Made by a program: the position numbers and the translations under genes. Under the pieces are notes generated by a model. It saw only the letters and a program-made list of their open reading frames with translations. It made no database searches and was not told the origin of the DNA. From NCBI GenBank assembly GCA_951406725.2, contig OX597823.1:19778001-19842000 (forward strand): a DNA stretch of 64,000 nt, read 5' to 3'. The stretch is from Octopus vulgaris. Its lineage: Eukaryota. Positions 57,321-64,000 of the stretch are shown in pieces (positions within the stretch are counted from its first letter, which is position 1; every line of letters starts with the position of its first letter).

Positions 57321-57570
57321 ATATATCTATGTATGTATGTATGTGTGTATGTAAGTATGTATGTATGTATTATGTATTTATGTATGTATGCGTGTATGTA
57401 TGTGTGTATGTATGTATTATGTATTTATGTATATATGTGTGTATGTATGTGTGTATGTATGTGTGTGTGTATGTATGTATGTATGTATGTATGTATGTAT
57501 GTATGTATGTATGTATGTATGTATGTATGTATGTATGTATGTATGTATGTGTGTGTGTATGTGTGTGTGA
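56750..57570. repeat. Degenerate (TATG)n array with higher-order repetition
   Basis: Direct reading. Confidence 0.95.
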
Positions 57571-57782
57571 ATTTCATGCAAATATACTTGGAAGAATTAT
57601 CTAGTAAGGGCGTTAATTCCCGATTGCAAGTTTAGAGATTGTATTATAGATTTTGCATGGAATTTACTTTCATTTTCTTCCTTAATATTATGGACATTGC
57701 CAGGCATAATATCTGTAGCTACTGCAGCTGTTGTATGTCTCTGCTTTGGCAGCAATACCATAATTCTTTCGCCACTGTCTCT

Positions 57783-58385
<603 letters not shown>

Positions 58386-58567
58386 AAGTTACGCGTTTTC
58401 TAAAGTTACGTGTTGGTGCCATTTCTCCGGGATCTAAACCACAGAATCTCAACCAATTTCTACCAATGAATCCCTGCCATTCCTATTTTACTTGGGTGGA
58501 CCCTCAGAGCCATTCCATGTTTAAAAATATCCCATTACATTTTCATAATTAAAGACTATTACGAATT

Positions 58568-58902
58568 GTAGGAGTGGTTGGGTGGTAAGTAGCTTGCTTA
58601 CCAACCACATGGTTCCGGGTTCAGTCCCACTGCGTGGCACCTTGGGCAAGTATCTTCTACTATAGCCTCGGGCGGACCAAAGCCTTGTGAGCGGATTTGG
58701 TAGACGGAAACTGAAAGAAGCCCGTCGTATATATGTATGTATATATGTGCGTGTGTGCTTGGCTGTGTTTGTCCCCCCCACCTAATCACCGCTTGACAAC
58801 CGGTGTTGGTGTGTTTACGTCCCCGCAATTTGGCAATTTGGCAAAAGAGAGCGGTAGTATAAGTACTAGGCTTAATATATATATATGTATATATATACAT
58901 AC

Positions 58903-58942
<40 letters not shown>

Positions 58943-59160
58943 GTGTGTGTGTTTGTGTGTCTGTGTTTGTGTCTCCAACATCGCTTGACAACCGATGCTG
59001 TTGTGTTTACGTCCCCGTGACTTAGCAGTTCGGCAAAAGATAGAATACGTACTAGGCTTACAAAGAATAAGTCCTGGGGTCGATTTGCTCGACTAAAGGC
59101 GGTGCTCCGGCATGGCCACAGTCAAATGACTGAAACAAGTAAAAGAGTAAAGGAGTAAAG
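58568..59160 (+). mobile_element. SINE family A with duplicated 3' module
   Basis: Head at 58568; tail module present twice (58765-58875, 58955-59160). Confidence 0.88.
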
Positions 59161-59987
59161 AGAGAGAGTAAAATATTTGGTGTATTGTAGAAATATAACC
59201 AGTTAATTGCACATACAAAGAAATCTTATATGGACCCCCAAAGGTCATGTAACCCTGGTTGAGAACCACTGACCTAAATAAAAGGGTCTATTGTATATTG
59301 TGTCTTTAGCGTAGCTAGAGTGTGTGCCGCTCGGGGCGGTCCTTACGTTTGCGCTCTCAGACCCCACAAAAACATATATTGCCTACAGCAGACCCCAAAA
59401 TGGTGCTCCTTTAAAAGTGCCGCCCCTACTTCCCCATTCCTAGCCACGCTAGTGTGTCGAGTTTTAAAATATTCTCGAAAAACCGATAGGAATTTATACG
59501 TGTTCTTAATAATTCTGTGTCTGTTCTTTATCTATACACAAACAAAAAGCTCAAAATTATGTTCCCGTCCAGTGATATCGAAAATAAGTGAGAAAAAGCA
59601 CTTTCTTCTTTTCTTTGCGTCAAAATCCATTCTCTCTTGACGGATGCTTACTCTGAACCCAGCAAAATCTGCACTCTAAGACTGGATCTTCTCCTGGATT
59701 AGGAAATGCTTCTGTCCCCATGAACCGCTGCAAAGCTTAGTGACACTCAACGATTTACTGTTCCCACATGTAGGAATGTGTGTTCCAATACACACAAACA
59801 TTACTTATTACATCTAGAAAAAGAATATTCGGTAGATTGCCATGAAATCCCTCTCTCTCTCTCTCTCTCTCTCTCACCAACCCCTGACAATAGGAGTCTT
59901 GTGTTCTACAGCTCTATATTTAAGAGACGAGGAATTATGTACATTATTTACATTTGACGGATATTTGTCCTCATCATGTTTGTTGTT

Positions 59988-60033
59988 AACACAACGTTTC
60001 GGCTGATATGCCCACCAGCCTTCATCAGATGTC
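59988..60033 (-). ncRNA. Canonical minimal type-I hammerhead
   Basis: gacat CTGATGA A GGCTG gtgggcatat CAGCC GAAA CG TT gtgtt. Confidence 0.85.
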
Positions 60034-60078
60034 TTGGGAAATTTCGAACCTGGGTTCTCATTTCTAAGGCATTTTTCG

Positions 60079-60193
<115 letters not shown>

Positions 60194-60195
60194 TA

Positions 60196-60268
60196 GGTCT
60201 CTGCCTGGGATCGAACTCGGAATCTTAGGGTTAGTAGCCCGCGCTCTTAACCACTACGCCATATGCCC
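60196..60268 (-). pseudogene. tRNA-like head (Pol III A/B boxes)
   Basis: GGGCATATGGCGTAGTGGTTAAGAGCGCGGGCTACTAACCCTAAGATTCCGAGTTCGATCCCAGGCAGAGACC; acceptor stem imperfect. Confidence 0.8.
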
Positions 60269-60567
60269 GAGGGCCAAATCCTCTCACGCCCTCCCGTTTC
60301 ACTCATTTATTCTTCTCTTATCACCCACAAACTCGGCACTAATTACTATATTTCTTTTACTCTTTTACTTCTTTCAATAATTTGAGTGTGGCCATGCTGG
60401 AACCCCGCCTTAGAAGGTTTTTTAGTCGAAGAAATCGACCCAGGACTTATTCTTTGTAAGCCTAGTACTTACTCCATCGGTTACTTTTCCCGAATAGGTA
60501 AGTTAGGAGGATGTAAACACACCAACATCGGTTGTCAAGCGATGGTGCTGGAAAACACAGACACAAA

Positions 60568-60605
<38 letters not shown>

Positions 60606-60668
60606 TAAATATGCATACATACATATATAGAGTTGGAATTTACAGAAAAACAAAAGACGAAGTCAGAT

Positions 60669-60724
<56 letters not shown>

Positions 60725-60893
60725 ATCTGACTTCGTTTTTTGTTTTTGTTTTTGTATATATATGTATATATGATTTCTTTTGAATGAAACAGTTCTAGTC
60801 CTGTAGAAGCTCCTTCTATAAAATAAATTAATTTACTCTGATATGTATTGAGTACCTTATTTACTGTGGTTAACCCCGACTCAACCCGGGACC

Positions 60894-60971
<78 letters not shown>

Positions 60972-61652
60972 CACATATATATATACACGTGTTCGTGCGT
61001 GTGTGTGTTTGTGTACGAGCATTAGTGTGTATATAGATGTATATGTGAACGACCACGTATATGTCCGTATAGGCCGATTCGTAAAGGTCAGCTAAGGACA
61101 ATCGCTTGTGTAACCAACCATGTAGAACAAACCAACAGTACAAAGGAACCAAATGCTAATCCCTTTGAAACGGCAACCACTTAAACAGTAGCAGAATCAT
61201 CATCCCACAACATCTACACATTCAAAGCAGTTTGCCAGCGGTCCTTTAGCAACAACACACCTCGATAAACTCAGTGACTACTTCTAAATTCAGGCTACGA
61301 TAGACAGAGAGGATGTTCTTGAAGCAGAGAATGTGAACATAGGGAAACAATATTTACATATCGCCTGAGGAAACACAACTAGATCTCATAATGCAGGGAA
61401 ACGGTCGCAAATTCAAGTACCTGCACTCCTGGAGAACTACGTTGCGTGGAAACAATTGTAGTGATTAAAATATAAGTGTCCAGACGTACTCCAACTTGTT
61501 GACTCCATTTTTTTCAATTACCCATTCTCACACGACAGATGCTCAAACGCAAACCTGGGGGTACGAATAATACTACTACTGGACAGCACAAATTGAAATC
61601 TGAAGGTAGACGAGCTTTATACTCTATTCTAGTACGTTCTTAACAGAATCCA

Positions 61653-61739
<87 letters not shown>

Positions 61740-61968
61740 CATGTATATACATATATATATATGATGGGGTTCTTCTAGTTTCCGTCTACCAAATCCACCC
61801 GTAAGGCTTTGTTTGGCCGAAGGCTATAGTAGAAGACACTTGCCCAAGGTACCACGCAGTGGGGCTGAACCCATAACCATGCTACTTACCACGCAGCCAC
61901 TCCTGCGCCTATATATAAATAATATATATATATATATAAAATAATATGCTACAATTACTCAATAGTCA

Positions 61969-62031
61969 AGATAAAACTCTGAGTTTCAGATGCCGAAGTG
62001 GAAATCCACAACACCATCTCTTCGGTTATCT
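61969..62031 (-). ncRNA. Type-I hammerhead (CCGAAGA core) downstream of PLE RT
   Basis: agataa CCGAAGA GATG gtgtt GTGGA tt TCCAC ttcgg CATC T GAAA CTCAGAG TT ttatct. Confidence 0.8.
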
Positions 62032-62489
62032 GGCCATCTGAAAAAACGCTATGAAAATATACCGTTATATAAAGGGAAAATACTGTGTTATAATTATGCT
62101 ACTTATATAAAAGAAGATTAAAATTTCATAGTCTAGTCATACGCTCACATGTGCGCTCGCGGACCCACGTGCGTACTTATACGTCACTATGAAAACGTAC
62201 ACATCTTCACTCGCATTTTTCGCCAAATATATACGCATATATATACAAACTCATACACACACAAATGCGTACCGTAAAAGTTCATACATACGTCTATATA
62301 CGCACAAGCACAAGAAAAACCATGGTTAAACGTAACAGAAAAAAACATAAGGAAGTATACAAAGCATAAAAACCACGTTCATATACTGACATGCCCTTAT
62401 GCACTCATACACACACGCCCATATATGTACATAGCCGCACATGTTTATATACGCATACACACACGCGCATATACGAAAAATGAATATAT

Positions 62490-63235
62490 TGTTGTGGTTT
62501 TTGTGTGTTATGTTTGATTATATTTTTAAAATTGGTAGTTGAACTAAAACTAATTTTTAAATTGTGTTTATTGAAGAGTTTCCTATAAGTATGGTTAACT
62601 GGAAAATGTCTATCTATCAGTGTTAAGAAATATTTACCTATATTGAAGGTCACCTCGGTTGAGTAAGGGAGTGTAAACCAGATGATCTTCCTATTTCTAT
62701 TTTTCCTCTTCTTTACTGTTGGGCTAGTAACAGGTGTATATTTGATTTTTTCGCTAAAACCACTATCTTTTAAAGCCTTATTATAAACTGGGGCAACGCT
62801 ATTAAAAATGTCCTTATTGGAGGAGAGGCTAGAAATTCTCTTACTAATATTTTTAACTAAATTTTTGAATACTATAGGGGGATGGCATGAACCTACATTA
62901 ATATAACTAAGTCTATCATTGGGCTTCCTATAAGGCTTATAAATATTCTTATTTAGATCTAAGGAAACGTCTAGGAAATTGACAACCGTCAGGTTAGTAT
63001 CTATTGTTATACTAAGTCCGAAGTATTTCCTTAATTGGATAATATCCTTCCTAAAACGATCCTGTGCTGGTCTATTTGTATTAGCGGTTAAAGCGAGGGC
63101 ATCATCTTTGTAGATGGCGAAATATACGTCAGGAAATGTCTTACCTAAAGTATCTAAGAGAAAAAATCCAATAAGATCGCAAATGCCTGCTCCATCATAT
63201 GACCCCATGCTCACATCGAAAGTACCCTCTGTGTC
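62490..63235 (-). pseudogene. Penelope-like element reverse transcriptase fragment (RT motifs 4-7 plus thumb/linker), possibly Naiad/Chlamys-type
   Basis: FDVSMGSYDGA..CDLIG, YKDD, NFLDVSLDL...YKPYRKPND...Y....SCHPP, RNRKIIWFTLPYS..V..NIGKYFLTLIDRHFP; ends at a SINE on the 5' side and stops before the GIY-YIG domain. Confidence 0.92.
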
Positions 63236-63242
63236 GGTATAT

Positions 63243-63444
63243 AAGGCGACGAGCTGGCAGAAACGTTAGCACGCTGGGCGAAATGCGTAGCCGTATTTCG
63301 TCTGCCGTTACGTTCTGGGTTCAAATTCCGCTGAGGTCGACTTTGCCTTTCATCCTTTCGGGGTCGATAAATTAAGTACCAGTTACGCACTGGGTTCTGT
63401 CTTTGTTTGTCCCCTCTATGTTTAGCCCCTTGTGGGTTGTAAAG

Positions 63445-63447
<3 letters not shown>
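63243..63447 (+). mobile_element. SINE family B
   Basis: GGCGACGAGCTGGCAGAAACGTTAG head plus Meta-like block. Confidence 0.88.
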
Positions 63448-63482
<35 letters not shown>

Positions 63483-64000
63483 CACACACACACACACATA
63501 ATATATAATATATAATATAATATACATTATATATAATATAATATAATATAATATAATATAATATATATATACACACACACAGATATTTACACTTACATAC
63601 ACACATATGTATATGTATACATACAGATATCCATATCAATACACTTCCCCATCGCTCCATGTTTTACATACCTTCTTACAAAGAAGCCGAGAAACTGACA
63701 GACAGATAAACCGTCATAAAATGCATCCTTCATCACGTTTGGCTGCTGGTTGAATCAGAGTATCAGGGCGGTCTACAATAATTCGACGCGCAGCACAAAA
63801 CACTTACTGTTACAACATCCACTTATAAATGCTCTACCTAGAAAACAGATACGATAGTAACTCTCGGATCCGAACAAATACAAACATAGACCGAAGCACG
63901 AAAAATAAAATGGCGGAAAATGTATGTATCTTGTATCTTGTTAATCGCTTTATCTAGGCACCCATCTATCTTACACTGGCCTCTCTGCTTTTATCTATAT

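Noticed and set aside
59307-59451. Short element with TAGCGTAGCTAG/CTAGCCACGCTA inverted ends
   Set aside because: Single copy and no TSD found
60196-60268. Functional tRNA gene
   Set aside because: Acceptor and T stems pair poorly and there is no T-run terminator; treated as a SINE-type head

Overview
Very AT-rich, repeat-saturated eukaryotic DNA, most likely an octopod cephalopod intron or intergenic region (inferred from the repeat families, not verified). I found no intact host protein-coding gene; nearly all supplied ORFs are microsatellite translations. Recognisable content: four tRNA-derived SINE families; fragments of Penelope-like (PLE), RTE, CR1, R4 and HERO retrotransposons; mariner/Tc1 relics; Helitron-like elements; three copies of an 8-bp-TSD MITE carrying TTAGGG repeats; a 5S rRNA copy fused behind a tRNA-like head; and several local tandem and inverted duplications. 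The main hidden signal is about 15 minimal type-I hammerhead ribozyme (HHR)-like motifs, found by eye, mostly in short cassettes between (TA)n tracts and with varied catalytic cores. They include a back-to-back opposite-strand pair (16140-16313) and a tRNA-headed cassette ending in a canonical HHR (59905-60268), a candidate PLE-mobilised SINE. All folds and family assignments were made by hand and need computational and experimental confirmation.
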